Assembly (NCBI RefSeq): GCF_006345805.1
Contig: NC_043006.1
Coordinates: 82,150,001 to 82,214,000 of the forward strand
DNA: 64,000 nt
Reading direction: 5' to 3'
From: Octopus sinensis
Taxonomy: Eukaryota
Part shown: positions 14,169-28,596 of the stretch, one piece after another
How the letters are laid out: each line of letters starts with the position of its first letter
How positions within the stretch are numbered: the first letter of the stretch is position 1
Notes under the pieces: generated by a model
The model's database searches: none
Seen by the model: the letters and a program-made list of their open reading frames with translations, nothing else
Told to the model about the DNA's origin: nothing
Made by a program: the position numbers and the translations under genes

Positions 14169-14846
14169 AGGATTTCAAGTCAAACTTCAGAACTCTCATT
14201 TTGCCACAACACACACAACCAGTTCAAAGTTGCGAACTTTTAGTGGATGCTCTGCACCATAGCAGTGTAGCAACAGTTTTCTTTAAATGATGAAATTTTT
14301 ACTAACTTTTCAAAACTTTGAGAACTTTCATTGCTGTTCATTTGTTTTCTTTTTGAGTTTTGCTATTTTTTTTTACAGGAAAAATAGAGAAATACTTAAA
14401 AATTATCAAATGTGGGCTGTATCTGAAAGACAACATCCAACACACTATCACTGAAAATAGCTCATATCAAAAGAAAGGAAAATTTATAATTTCCTTCATA
14501 CATAACATCTAACCTTTCTTCTACTTTCTTATTCTTTACTAGAGAAAAAATGAGAAGCATGCATACACTCATACATGAAGAGTAATGAAACATACACACA
14601 TTTACACCTACCACAAAGTATATGTACAGATATAGTTACAAGTATTTCAATTTATACACCTACATATACACTCTCAAATTCATAAATCTCTTTAACCGTT
14701 TGGATTCCAACTTGCCAAAGCCCACTCTTTGCTCACTGATTCAAACATACTGTTTTAAAGTGATCTAAATTAAAATCTTGCATCAAAACTTCATATCAAT
14801 TTTTGTGCCAAACACTCGTTTAATAATAACAAAGCTACTTTACTAA

Positions 14847-15413
14847 TCATCATCATCACCATCGTCGTTTAGCGTCTGCTTTCCATGCTAGCATGGGTTG
14901 GAAGATTTGACTGAGGACTGGCAAACCAGATGGCTGCACCAGGCTCCAATCTGATCTGGCAGAGTTTCTACAGTTGGATGCCATTCCTAATGCCAACCAT
15001 TCCGAGAGTGTAGTGGGTGCTTTTACATATCACCGGCATGAGGGCCAGTCGGGCGGTACTGGCGATGGCCACACTCAAATGGTGTTTTTTACATGCCACC
15101 TGCACAGGAGCCAGTCCATCAGCACTGGCAACGACTTCACTCAAATGTTTTGTCATGTGCCAGTAAGGTGATGCTGGTAATGATCCCGCTCAAATGGTGT
15201 TTTTTACGTGCCACCGGCACAGAAGCCAGTTAGCTGCTTTGGCAACAATCACGCTCGAATGGTGCTCTTAGTGTTCCACTAGTACGGATGCCAGTCATCG
15301 AATGTGATTTCAATTTCACTTGCCTCAACAGGTCTTTGCAAGCAGAGTTTAGTATCCAATGAAGGAAAGGTACGCATAAGTGGGCTGGTTTCACCCCTGG
15401 CATAGGCCACTTC
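14847..15413 (-). mobile_element. Family C non-autonomous retroelement (RTE-X-like tail, internal ~60-66 bp repeats)
   Basis: Ends ...CCATGCTAGCATGGAAAGCAGACGCTAAACGACG(ATG)n; no tRNA A/B boxes seen in the head. Confidence 0.8.
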
Positions 15414-16447
15414 ATTATTTTTTAAATCAATTGAAGCAAAGATTGCAGACTTGAACAGTATTATAATAACAAAAGAATTTCTCGTAATTATTATTCAACA
15501 GAATTATGACAATAAAAATGTCTCAAAACAAAAAAGGTGCCATGTCACTTTGTTAGTGACCTGCTTTAATTCAGCAAAGATCATAAATCTCACCACACTC
15601 TCATACACACTCACACACATTCACATACAAATACACAGTGCTCAGAATACACTATCAGCTTAATGTCCTTTATTACTTAAGCAATGGGATGTGTAGCAAC
15701 ATGACTGAAGCAAAGTATGGATTCTTGGAGAAAGGAACATAGATCAATAATTAATAGCCACAGATGATCACGATAACTGGGACAATAGAAATTTGTAAGA
15801 CCTTAAAATTTAAAGGATGAATGGATACACAAAAGGAAGATGTAAAGAACAAGAAGACGCTCCTACATTTGACAGACAAACACACACACACATACACACA
15901 CACACAAACACATACACACACAAACACACACACAAACACACACAAACATACACACACAAACACACACACACATATTCCTTAACATTGAACAGGTGGCTGA
16001 TCAATATGTAAAATGAAACTCCAATCACAAAGAGAAAGCAGATACACACACACACGTTAATATGGGTGAGTGAATAAACAAAATCAAATAGCACTCGATA
16101 CACGCTCATTTGCACAGGTAAATAGACAAGTACACAAATATTTCTAAGCAAACAGGTATATATAAGTATGTGCGTGTGCATTTGTGTGCATGTCTCAATG
16201 TCTGTATGCGTGTGTGTGTGTAAGCAAGTGAACAAATAAAAGAAACTTAATACATTTGTTACTTTAACATCTGGGTTAAACCATTATGACACATGCATAT
16301 ACACAAATATATACACATATACATACATATATATGCATGCATATATGTATACATATATACATACATGTTTATTTGGATTAACTATATAAATATATATGCG
16401 TATATGAGGATGAAGTTACATGCACATATATATATATGTATATATAC

Positions 16448-16478
<31 letters not shown>

Positions 16479-17025
16479 ACATATGAATTAGAGATAAAAC
16501 CACTATTGATTTAATACTAAAACTAATTTTTCCCTGTAAGTTTGGAGCCATACTCCCTAATATTATATATATATATATATAAACATGTGTGCATGTGTGT
16601 GGATGTGTATATGTATGAATACAAACATGCATATATATGTCTAAGTGTGTACGTATGTAGACGTTATGAACACAGTAGGTTTTATGTCTATGTATTGTGA
16701 GAATATGGTTGCGTGTATTTTTATCTTTTATATTTTTTCTACCTGTAACTTCCTGTTTATACAATGGTTTTTTCATAGAGTCTATTGCCATTAATAGCCT
16801 ATGAAATTGCATCATAGCTCTTACCTCAGACATTTGAAACTCCAAGTACTATTATGACAACTTACTGATTGTCCTAAACTATACATATATAAATAATCCT
16901 CTATTTACCTAATATCGCGGTCTCATTCTTTTGTTATCACTTTTTATTATATATATATATATATATTATCTAGTTTCAGCTCACGAGCTGTGGCCATGCT
17001 GGGGCACCGCCATTAAAAACATTAA

Positions 17026-17090
<65 letters not shown>

Positions 17091-17140
17091 CGTATATATA
17101 TATAAATATGTACATATATAAATATGTATATATATAAATA

Positions 17141-17694
17141 GCATCATCATCATCGTCGTCGTTTAACGTCCGCTTTCCATGCTAGCATGGGTTGGATGAA
17201 TGACTGAGGGCTGGCGAACCAGATGGCTGCACCAGGTTTCAATCTTGATCTGGCAGAGTTTCTACAGCTGGATGCCCTTCCTAATGCCAACCAATCGGAG
17301 AGTATAGTGGGTGCACGGGGCCAGTCAGGCAGTACTGGCAACGACCTCGCTCAAATCTTTTACACATGCCACCAGCACAGGTGCCAATAAGGCAATGCTG
17401 GTAACGATCACACTCGAATGGCGTCTTTTACGTGCCACCGGCATGAAGGCCAGATAGCTGCTCCGGCAACGATCATACTTGGATGGTGCTCTTTAAGGCA
17501 ACGCTAGTAATGATCACGCTCAAATGGTGCCTTTTAAGTGCCACTGGCACGGAAGCCGGTTAGCCGCTCTGTCAATAGTCACACTCTTATGGTGCTCTTT
17601 GCAGCCCGCTAGCACGGACGCCAGTCATCTAATTTGATTTTGATTTTGATTTCACTTGCCTCAACAGGTCTTCGCAAGCAGAGTTTTAGTGTCC
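17141..17694 (-). mobile_element. Family C element
   Basis: Same tail, repeats and 5' block. Confidence 0.8.
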
Positions 17695-17764
17695 ATGTAT
17701 ATAAACATATATATATATATATATATATCAATATGTATATATATAAATATGTATATATGTATAT

Positions 17765-18418
17765 AATGACCTATTCATGAAGCAAGCTGTACTCAGACTG
17801 ACTAGGACGAATAAGATTCTGGATCTCTACTTCACGAACAATATGGACATCATTCATGATGTGAAAGTGATTCCGACATTAGTCTCGGATCACAATATAA
17901 TACAGCTGTCTATGTTTGGGCCGAAAGCCTAAAGGAAGCACTCGAAATCTCTCCAATCTGAACTTCCACAAAGCAGACTGGAAATCAATCGAAAAAGAAG
18001 TCCTCAGAGAGGATTGGCCAAAATGTCTCTCCACACAAGACATTGTCATGAAACTAGAATGTTTCATTGTCTGTTATGCAAGCCATATACCAGAAATATG
18101 TCCCAGAGCACAAGGCCAAAACAAATAGGAACAAGATTCCAAAGGAGAGGAAGATCCTCATGAGACGACGGACAAGGGTTGCAAATCGACTCAATGAACA
18201 TCCCAAAAGTAGCGAAAGGTCCTGCCTAAAAACAACACTGATGAAAATTGAAAAAAGGCTGCAACAATCCTATGTGAGGGAGAAAGCAGACAAAGAAGCC
18301 TGGGTTATAAAAAAACATTAAGTCAAACCCAAAGGCCTTCTTTCTTTAAGCGAAAGAAACAGCCTCAGTATGCAGTAAGATAGGACCCTTCTTCCAAAAG
18401 GAAGGCACCCTCAGACAG
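17765..18418 (+). mobile_element. CR1-clade LINE fragment (end of AP endonuclease plus linker)
   Basis: TRTNKILDLYFTNN...LVSDHNII, NFHKADWKSI and K..KSNPKAFF motifs across frameshifts. Confidence 0.8.
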
Positions 18419-19979
18419 TCCAACTAGGATCAGTGAAGTAGGATAAGTTCAAAAGTTCCTTTACCACCCCGTTGGAACACAGACAAGTGAATGAACCCAG
18501 TGTACTTCTGTACATATGTACATACATATCCATTATTATTGGAACAACAGGATACATACCAACCCATCTAGAGCAAAGTATGGCTGAACTTAGAATCTTG
18601 GAAAGAGAATGCAAATTCTTAATTCCTAAGCAACAAATGATCACGATCTTTAGGACTATAAAAATCTGCAAAACCTTCTAAAGATTTAAGGGATGATGGT
18701 TAAGTTATGATAGTTTTCTTCACAGCCTTACTACAAAGTTGGTGGTTGGTCAAAATTTACTCTAAATTAAAAAGAGTAAGAGAAGACATGCATACATGAT
18801 TTGGATCTTTCCAATACCAACTGAACTGGGAATGCATCAAACCCACAGCTCATTCTTTGAAACAAACTATCTATTTCAAAGAGATTTGTGTTAAAACATT
18901 CCACTAAAATTTAATGTTCATTTATGCCCCAATCACCTGCTTAATAATGATATAGCTATTTTAGTAAATTCCTCAGTATTTTCAAAATCTGTTGAAACAA
19001 AAGCAATGGTATTTCAAGAGAAATAGGGTAACAAAAGGGTGAGGGGGAATAGGGGTTTGATAACAGAGCAAAATATCCAGAACACACAAACGAGAGAAGT
19101 GTTCACTATTATTCTATACCAACAGCTGACTATGAATCAGCCATGTGTGTCGATGCCGGAATTATTTTGTGTGTAGATGCGTGTGTATGTGAAATTATGC
19201 ATATATGCCTAGGTGTTTGTGTGTTTGTGTGTGTGTGTATGAATGTGAGTGTGTAGTGATGGTTGTTTGTATACTTCAAGCTGGATGTGTATGCATGTGT
19301 GTGTGTGTGTATGTCTGTGTGCATGTCTATACATATGCTGTATGTGGATATGTGTATGTACATGTCTTGAGTGTATATAAAGCTATGTGCATGCATGTGT
19401 GGGTATGTGCATGCATGACTGCTTACAGGTAATGTCTGTGTAAGTGTGTGGAAGGGTGAATGCATATGTGTGTATGCAAATATGCATGAGTATATACATA
19501 TGAACATACATATATGTATGTGTGTGTACATATATATATATATATATATATGTATGTGCCCATGAGTTTAAATATTTGTGCACGTGTGTACTTGTATGTT
19601 TGTGTATGCAGATACATAGTCATAAGTTTAAGGTTCTTTTTATTTTTTGTTTTCTCAATAGAAAAACTATTCAAATATGTTATAGTATGTTTATTTGTTT
19701 ATTGCCCTGTATTTAATTATTTATTTATTTATTCATTCATTCATTTATTTTTATCCTTTTTCCCTAATTAGCCGAACAGGACTGAATATTGATGAATTCA
19801 AACAGCAAATGTATTAACAGATTCCATCTGCTGAGCTGAAAGAATAATTAGAAATATAAATTGCATTTCTATTATTTCAAAATACAAATAAACAAAACAT
19901 TAGAACTAAAACACACACACACAAATAGGTAGGAAGCAGGTGCGGGTGGTTTTGAAATTAGCTTTAATCAGTACAATTT

Positions 19980-20470
19980 TAAGGAGAGATAGGGCGATAA
20001 AGAGACAAGTGGGGAAGGACAACAGAGAAGCAGAAGAAAAAGGATGATGCTGGGCAAGAGAGAATATGAGGGAGAGAAAGGGTAAAAAAGACACACAGAG
20101 AAAAAGAGAGAAGAGAAAGAAAGAGGCCACAGGCAAAAAAGGGAGGAGTAAGAGAAAGAAAAAGACAGGCAAGAGAGAGAGAAAGTGGGAGAGGAGGATG
20201 AGAAAGACCGAGAGAAGAGAAAGAGAAACAGGGGAATGAAAGAGAGAATTAAGAGAGAGCAGGAAAGGAAAGGCAGAGAGGAACAAGAGAAATAAAAAGA
20301 GAGGCAAGAGAAAAAGCAGCAGAGAGGGGTACGGCAAAAGAAAAAGACTAAAGAGAAAACAGGAGCAAGAGAGAGGGGAGAGAGAGAGAGACAAAGACAA
20401 AGAGAGGAAAGGGTCAATAGAGAAATAAAGTTGGGAGGAGAGAGAGAAAGAGAGAGAAGTGGAGATCAAT
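19980..20470. repeat. Purine-rich (GA/AAG) low-complexity tract
   Basis: Strongly purine-biased plus strand; similar tracts at 27430-27815 and, pyrimidine-biased, 36270-36500. Confidence 0.8.
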
Positions 20471-20629
20471 ATCCAAGTAAAAGTTAATGGTAAAAAAATA
20501 TGACTGTAGAACAAATACATCATAGAACATTGGTAATTTGGTAGAATGGAGGGGTTAAACAGAGTAGTATTGGTGTTGGGTTTGTTTCATATGAGGGGGT
20601 TTTTACTGCTTAAAGAGTGAGTATTTTAA

Positions 20630-20851
20630 CCCTTCTGATATCAACCTGCCAGAGACAGCCCTTAGTTTTATGATTCAAATTCATTGTTTTAAATGATCTA
20701 AAATTAAAACAGTCCATCAAAAAATATTCTGTTAATTTATGTTCCAGATCCCAAATTGATAATGAAGTTATTTCAATGAATTTTTCATTATTTTTCAAAA
20801 TTAATTGAATCAAAGGTAGCATATCTTGACAGAAATATTGTAATAAAACGG
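20630..20851. mobile_element. piggyBac-type MITE
   Basis: TTAA-CCCTT ... AAACGG-TTAA. Confidence 0.7.
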
Positions 20852-21491
20852 TTAATAAAGGCGTTAAACACAATTAGGCATGGCTGTGTAGTCAAGAAGG
20901 CTGCTTTGTAACCACATAGTTTTCGGTTCAATCTCTCTGCACAGCATCTTGGACAAGTGTCTTGTGCTGTAGCATCAGGCTGACTAAGGTCTTGTGAGTG
21001 AATTTGATAGCTTGAAACTGTGTAGAAGCCCATTGTATACACACACTACATAGATATTCATTATTCTTAAACAAGAATATTGTTGACAGTGACTCCAAAG
21101 TTTTGGCCAGCTAAGCCCTCACTGGAAGCTCACAGAAAGGAACACAGAAAGAAACAAAGAGAGAAACAAGGAGATAAAAAAAATGTGTGTAGTGGCTACC
21201 GATCTCTCATGAGCATTATGCAATAGAATGTGAAAATCTTTGGCCATGCTCAAGAGTCATTTAATGGCCTCACACTGCATCATCAATGATTCATTTCAAT
21301 GAACCTTTCTAGTAATGGCTTTGCTTATAAACGAGAAAGCAGCTACTATATATATGTTAAGTTAGTTAAGTTAAGTTAAGTTAATGTATATATGTATGTA
21401 TGTATATAGCTCAATCATTCATGTTATGTTTTGTTTACCTATGTTAGCATGGGTTAGATTAATATTTATTACAAAGATTTTATTTTATAGT

Positions 21492-21876
21492 CAGGAATGG
21501 CTGTGTGGTAAGTAGCTTGCTTACGAACTACATGGTTCCAGGTTCAGTCCCACTGCGTGGCACCTTGGGCAAGTGTCTTCTACTATAGCCTCAAGCCGAC
21601 CAAAGCCTTGTGAGTGGATTTGGTAGACGGAAACTGAAAGAAGCCCGTCGTATATATGTATATATGTTTGTGTGTCTGTGCTTGTCCCCCCAACATTGCT
21701 CGACAACTGATGCTGGTGTGTTTACATCCCCGTAACTTAGCGGTTCAGCCAAAGAGACCGTTGAAATAAGTACTAGGCTTACAAAGAATAAGTCCTGGGG
21801 TCGATTTGCTCGACTAAAGGCAGTGCTCCAACATGGCCACAAACAAATGACTGAAACAAGGTAAAAGGGTAAAAGA
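21492..21876 (+). mobile_element. SINE family A
   Basis: Full-length colinear copy. Confidence 0.85.
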
Positions 21877-23827
21877 TGTCCTCACCATCACTAATTCTTA
21901 CTTGTTTCGCAAGTTAAAAGAATTTGTGTTTACTTGACCTCAACAGCACAAAGCTAAAGGGCAATTTTTTAAGAGGGAATGTCAACATAATGTCACCATT
22001 TTTCATTTAAAGTGTTCAACAGAAGTGGAACAGAAACATTCACACAAACATATACATGTGAATACACACAAAAAACATACAGCAAGCTTCCTTACAGTTT
22101 CCATCTACTGGTTCCACTGGTTAGACATTGGTCAGTGAGACACTACAATAGAAGACAACTGCCCTCACCAAGAATATTTACTTCATAAAGTCTACAGAGA
22201 AACTGCGAGAGACAGCAGATTACTTGAGAATAAAGCTATGAACAACCAGTGCTACTGTTACTAATTTGCATTCATTAATAACATGTATTAATTAACTAAA
22301 CTAGTGAGAGAGCTTCTTTTATAGTCGTGTGTCTTTAATGGCATCGTGAAAAGGATAAACGTGTCAATTTTTCATTTCCAATTCTTTCATGAATTAGAAA
22401 CCTTACAATGACTTCCAGTGTTAACCAAATGGCATGTAACATGTGGTGATGCGGTGGAGCAGCTTTCGCTTTGTTCTACAGATGAGAAAATAACATAGTT
22501 TCACTCAGCTTCTATTATCACAATTTAAATCATATGATTTTGCTGTAAATGAGAAATTAAAACAATAGATTTTTCTCTATGGGAGTAATATATACATACT
22601 ATATACATACAGTAGATTTTATTTATACTAGAACCACACTGTCAGACCATTCTATTGAAGAAAATTAGTCATCAGGTGATCCTAGTCATTGAACTTGCCC
22701 AACATTAAAACAAACTGAATGTTTTTTAGCTGTGTTTTCAGACCTAGATGTTAAGACATGCTTAACAATAAGTATAAAGGATTACCATGCATAGAATGCT
22801 GATAATAATAGGGTAAAAAAAGACAATACAGTTCAACCCAAACTGATGGACATTTTATATTTGTATAATGAAAACAATTCTGTGAAGGAAATTTGGGATA
22901 AGCCTTCAAGTGTGCTTTCAACAAAAAGCAAGTTATTTAATTACTAGCACCATCATCATCATCATCAGCAGCAGCAGCATCAATTGTCCACTTTTGCATG
23001 CTTGCATAGGTCAGACAGAATTCATTAAAGCAGATTTTCAACAGTTGGATGCCCCTCCTGCTGCCAACATTCACCTGGTTCATAGAAGGTAATATTTCCC
23101 TATGACTGGACCAGGGTCAGATTAAGACCCACAGAGGTCCAAAGCACTTAAAAGATTTTGGTACCCCCATATATATGTAATTCAAAATATGAATAATAAA
23201 AGACCAAAAAATAAATTATTTTTCAAAATGAAACAAAACAATAAGATGGAAAATAATGGTTATTTTTGTATATTTCCACTTTATTCATATTTGAAAAGTT
23301 TTCTACTTTTTTTTTTTTTTTGTAATTGCAAAGTCTATGATCAGATCATCAGAATTAATCTTATGTAACAGATCAGTTTCTAAATAAAGTGAAGATAAGG
23401 CAACCAGGCTACCTTGTTGCATAGTTGTTCTGATGGGAAATATAATATATTACAACTGAGAAAATAGATGCTCAGCTGAGCAATTTGAGACCATAAATAT
23501 TCGAAACACAAACAGCAATGTCTGCATTTGGAAAGGCACATTCAATAATGTTTATTTTAGCAAGTTTAAAGTGATTTCTTTTGTGCTGTAAACCATTTAC
23601 CATTTCTGCAGTGCCTAAGCAAGTGCTTATTTTGCTTAAAAGTTAATCCAGCACTGGATTTGGTTTGCTTTCACAGAAGATGGGAAATGTATGACACCAC
23701 TTGTATGACAATAACACACATTTACAACTATTTCACAATGTCAAGACAACATAGACACACACACACACACACACACACACGTTCCTTTTCATTATTATAT
23801 TAATTTCCACTTTCCCACACTTCCATG

Positions 23828-24327
23828 CACTGGCATAGCTAGAATGTATGCCGCTGGGGGCAGCACTTCCATTTGGCACCCCCGGACCCCATAAAAGAAA
23901 CATATTGCCTATAGCAGACCCAAAAGTCGTGCATTTCCAATGCGAGCTGGCAGAGACGTCAGTACGCAGGGCGAAGTGCTTCGCGGTATTTCGCCCGTCG
24001 CTACGTTCCGAGTTCAAATTCCGCCGAGGTCGACTTTGCCTTTCATCTTTTCGGCGTCGATAAATTAAGTACCAGTTACGCACTAGAGTCAATGTAATCG
24101 ACTTAATCCGTTTGTCTGTCCTTGTTTGTCCCCTCTGTGTTTAGCCCCTTGTGTGTAATAAGAAACAAATATTTTTATTATAATATCGGGAATTATCACA
24201 TACCATACTATTTCTATATAATCTATTCTAGCTTATAGCTTATAACAGGATGAAAAGTGCTGCCCCTTTAAAAGTGCCATCTGGGGCAGACCGCCCCTAC
24301 CGTCTTCTGCCCCTAGCTCCGCTAGTG
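23828..24327. mobile_element. hAT-like MITE containing a nested SINE
   Basis: TIRs CACTGGCATAGCTAG / CTAGCTCCGCTAGTG; 8-bp TSD CTTCCATG / CTTGCATG. Confidence 0.75.
23942..24166 (+). mobile_element. tRNA-derived Meta-domain-like SINE (family B) with a Tx1/L1-derived tail
   Basis: Head GAGCTGGCAGA...GAGTTCAAATTCC; body GTCGACTTTGCCTTTCATC...GTCGATAAATTAAGTACCAG; tail 24122-24166 matches 52872-52917. Confidence 0.85.
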
Positions 24328-25889
24328 CTTGCATGGATCAGACTGGATCCATGAAAGCAGATTTACTACAACCGGATGTGCTTCCTGTCACCAACCCTCA
24401 TCTGATTCCAAGTAAGATAATATTTCCCCATGGCCAGATATGTTTCCACAGAAGATTAGAATTGACCAGAACCATGTGTATCATGGTGTTGTCTGTCCAC
24501 AACTATCACATGACATCAAGACAGACAGACGTGCAAACAGAAACTCTAACATACACACAAACACACACTCATTCTCCCAATGGTCTCAAATCAGCAAGAA
24601 AATGAAATCTTATTGAAGAAATTAATGGCTTTTAGAAGATAATAACCTAAATGGCAGAGCAATAAATTAATCTTAATTATCTCTTAGAGTTAATCTAGGC
24701 TAGTGGTCATTCTGAAAGAAACCAATAAACGGTAGCGAGAAAAGGTCTAATTCAAGCATGACCTACCACCATCTCCCAAACTTCTTTTTGTTTTTTCTTA
24801 GAGCTCAAATTTCAAGGAGTGCTCAAATTCCAATTTTTTCTTAGTGCTCCATTTCAAGGAGAGACAACAGAAAGAATACAGTCATTAACCTTTTCATGGC
24901 AACCACTAATAATGCTTGGCGCTTCAAATACTATGTTTCAATAGAAAACAAACTAAACAAATAAGATAAAAAATTTACACACACACACACACACACACAC
25001 AGACACACACACACACACACACACGCACACACACATGCACACACACATGTGGCTAAGATATATTCACTTTCAAACTATGTGATTTTGGATTCAGTTAAAG
25101 CATTACAAATGGATTTGGTAGACAGAAGCTTAAAGAATCCTCAGTCTGTCTGTCTGTTTGTCTCTCTCTGTCTGTGTGCATGTGCACATGCGTACGTGCA
25201 TGTGTGTGTGTGTGTGCATACACTGTAGCATGCTGCCAGTGTGATTATGCATGTAAGTGTATATAATTTTGCAAGTATGTGTGTGTGTGTGTGTGTGTGT
25301 GTACAATTATGCATGAATATATGTGTTTATCTCACTCAGGTATTGATATTGTATCCCTACTATAGTCCCCTGTTATCACCTCCTCCTCCTCCCAGATCCA
25401 CTCTTATTTCCTTTCTTCGGCTCCCTCTCCAAAAACTGATATGCTCTACATCCAACTCAGTCCTCGATCTCAGATCATTTGACCCACTAATTTCATTCTA
25501 GTGCACTTACCTATCCATCAACCTTTTCTAATCCTCTGTCCTATTTCTCTCTCTCATATTTATCTTATAACTTGCCTTCACAACTCTTTCTCTTGCTTTC
25601 TTCCCAGATGGTGAAGCTATGTATTCAACTCTTCAGCAAGATACTTGCTCCTGTTTTTCCATAATACTTTCATATCCCTCAGTACTATATCCCACTCAAT
25701 TTGTGGATCTTGTCTTGCAGGTACTTGGTGACCTCACCAGTGCTGTTAGCAGGGGAAAAGAACCCAGAACATTCTCTGAAATGCCAAATCAGACTGGAAT
25801 CTGGTGCAGCCCCTCAGCTTACCAGCCTTGGTCAAACCATCCAGCTCATACCAGTATGGACAACGGACATTAAATGATGATGATGATCC

Positions 25890-26447
25890 ATGGCCAATGC
25901 CAGTGCAGCATAACCAGCTCATTTAAGTGTACCCTTCAATCATTGGGCAATAAAGTGCGTTTGTGAAGACCTGTTGAGACAAGTGAAAACATTGTTGTGG
26001 CTGATGACAATAGCACCCGAGTGGCACCCGTGCCAGTGGAACATTAAAAGGACCATTTGAGTGTGATTGTTGCCAGTGCTGCCTGACTGGCTCCTGTGCT
26101 GGCGGCATGTGAAAGGCACCGTTTGGGCATGGTCGTTGCCAGTACCGCCTGACTGACTCCCGTGCTGGTGGCATGTGAAAGGCACCGTTTGGGCATGGTC
26201 GTTGCCAGTACCACCTGACTGACTCCCGTGCTGGTGGCATGTGAAAGGCACCGTTTGAGCATGGTCAATACCAGTACCACCTGACTGGCCTTCATGCTCT
26301 TGGAGTGATTGACATTAGGTCGGGCACCCAGCTGGAGAAACTTTGCCAGATCAGATTGCAGCCTGGTGCAGCCTTCTAGATTGCCAGCCCTCAGTCAAAC
26401 CGTCCAACACATACCAGCATGGAAAGCAGACATTAAACAATGATGAC
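25890..26447 (+). mobile_element. Family C element with a homogenised 66-bp tandem array
   Basis: GCATGTGAAAGG at 26105, 26171 and 26237 (period 66). Confidence 0.8.
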
Positions 26448-26868
26448 GATGTTGATATATATATATATGTCTATGTGTCCGTATATACTAGTAATTACAG
26501 CCATCATACACACACACACACACATGCAGAACATGTGTACACACAAACACAAACATTCATAGAGAAGAATGTATTTTTTTAAAATATCCAAAGTTTACCC
26601 CGACAGCATTATTTTCTATTGAGAAGCTGTATAAAAATATAAAAGCCAAACTCCATCACATCATCATCTGCCACAACCACTCCCACCGTCAGCACTACCT
26701 GCTAAAGTTCTCTAGTTTCTACCTATATGGGTCAAAAACAAAACTGTTAAAGGATGCCTCTGAGTCAAATCTACCTCACATTCTAATTACCATAACATGC
26801 TTGCATGTTAATAGTATTGTTGTATGATAGCTATAATTACTAAAATATGTAGACACACTGATATATAT

Positions 26869-26914
<46 letters not shown>

Positions 26915-26934
26915 GATATAGGATAAAATTTTTT

Positions 26935-27159
26935 TCAAGAAAAAAATTTTAGAAATTATATATATATATTTATATATAAATTTTTATAAATTATATATAT
27001 ATTTATATATAAATTTTTATAAATTATATATATATATATATAAATTTTTATAAATTATATATATATTATATATAATATATATATAAATTTTTATAAATTA
27101 TATATATATATATATAAATTTTTATAAATTATATATATATATATATATATATAATTTTT

Positions 27160-27198
<39 letters not shown>

Positions 27199-27365
27199 TA
27201 TAAATTATATATATATATAAATTTTTATAAATTATATATATATATATATAAATTTTTATAAATTATATATATATATATATATAAATTTTTATAAATTATA
27301 TATATATATATTATTTATATATAAATTTTTATAAATAATATATATATATTTATATATAAATTTTT

Positions 27366-27380
<15 letters not shown>
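26935..27380. repeat. Essentially pure-AT minisatellite: AAATTTTTATAAATT core with variable (TA)n
   Basis: About 14-15 visible units. Confidence 0.9.
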
Positions 27381-27396
<16 letters not shown>

Positions 27397-27929
27397 AAAT
27401 GAATATGATGCATATACATAGTATATAGAGATGGGAGAAAGAAGCGATACAGAAGGGAAGTGAATAAAGAGAGAAGAAGGACATAGAGAGGAAGGCAAAC
27501 AAAGACACAGAAGAGAACAATGAGAGAAAGACAGATAAACAGATAGAAAACTAAAAAAAGAGAGAGACAGAGAGAGATGGAGAGAAATGAAATAGGAAAG
27601 TAAATGGAAGATGAGACAAAAGAGATAGGAAGATAATTGAGAAATAGAGACTGTGCGGCAGAAAAATTAAAGAAAGAAAAGTGAAGAAGATTTAGAGTGA
27701 GAGAGAGAGAGAGAGAGAGAAAGAGGGAACATGGAAGAGAGAAGTAATAGAGAGATAGAGAGAGATAAATAGAGAGAGAGTAGAAAGAGAGAGAAGGGAT
27801 GTGATATATTTGAAATAACCACCAACGGCAAATAACACAAAACGGGTTATGAGAGAATGCAGACCAAAGTAAGTGCAAAAGACTACATTGCATAGAATTG
27901 GGTTAAAAAATAAACCTGTATAGGATGTT

Positions 27930-28557
27930 ATATATACACACACACACACATATATATATATATACATACCTATACATGTGCATACATATACATATATACA
28001 TACATATACAAACATGCATACATAAACATACATACGCATACATATACATATATATACATATGCATATATATATATACATATGCATATATATAAGCATACA
28101 TATACATAAACATACATACCTATATACATATATATATACATACACACATATATACATACATATATATATACATATGCACATAGATATATACATACATAAA
28201 TACATATATACATACACACATAGATATATACATACATAAATACATATATACATACACACATAGATATATACATACATAAATACATATATACATACACATA
28301 TATATATATATATATATACATACATAAATACATATATACATACACATACAGACATACATACACATACAGACATACATATATATATATATTATATATATAT
28401 ATATAATATATATATATATAATATATATACACACACATATACATACATATACATACATACAAGCATGCATGTAAGCTTGTATGTATTATGTATATATATA
28501 TATATATATATACATACATACACACACATATATACAAACATACAAATATATGTTTGC

Positions 28558-28595
<38 letters not shown>
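27930..28595. repeat. Compound (TA/CA) microsatellite with an internal ~38-bp higher-order repeat
   Basis: ACACATAGATATATACATACATAAATACATATATACAT occurs about three times near 28177-28300. Confidence 0.85.

Positions 28596-28596
<1 letters not shown>

Noticed and set aside
15300-15413. HDV-like ribozyme at the 5' end of a family C element
   Set aside because: Could not build the nested double pseudoknot or place the catalytic C by eye.
25923-26295. Three overlapping ORFs with 22-aa repeats
   Set aside because: Artefact of the 66-bp tandem array in a family C element.
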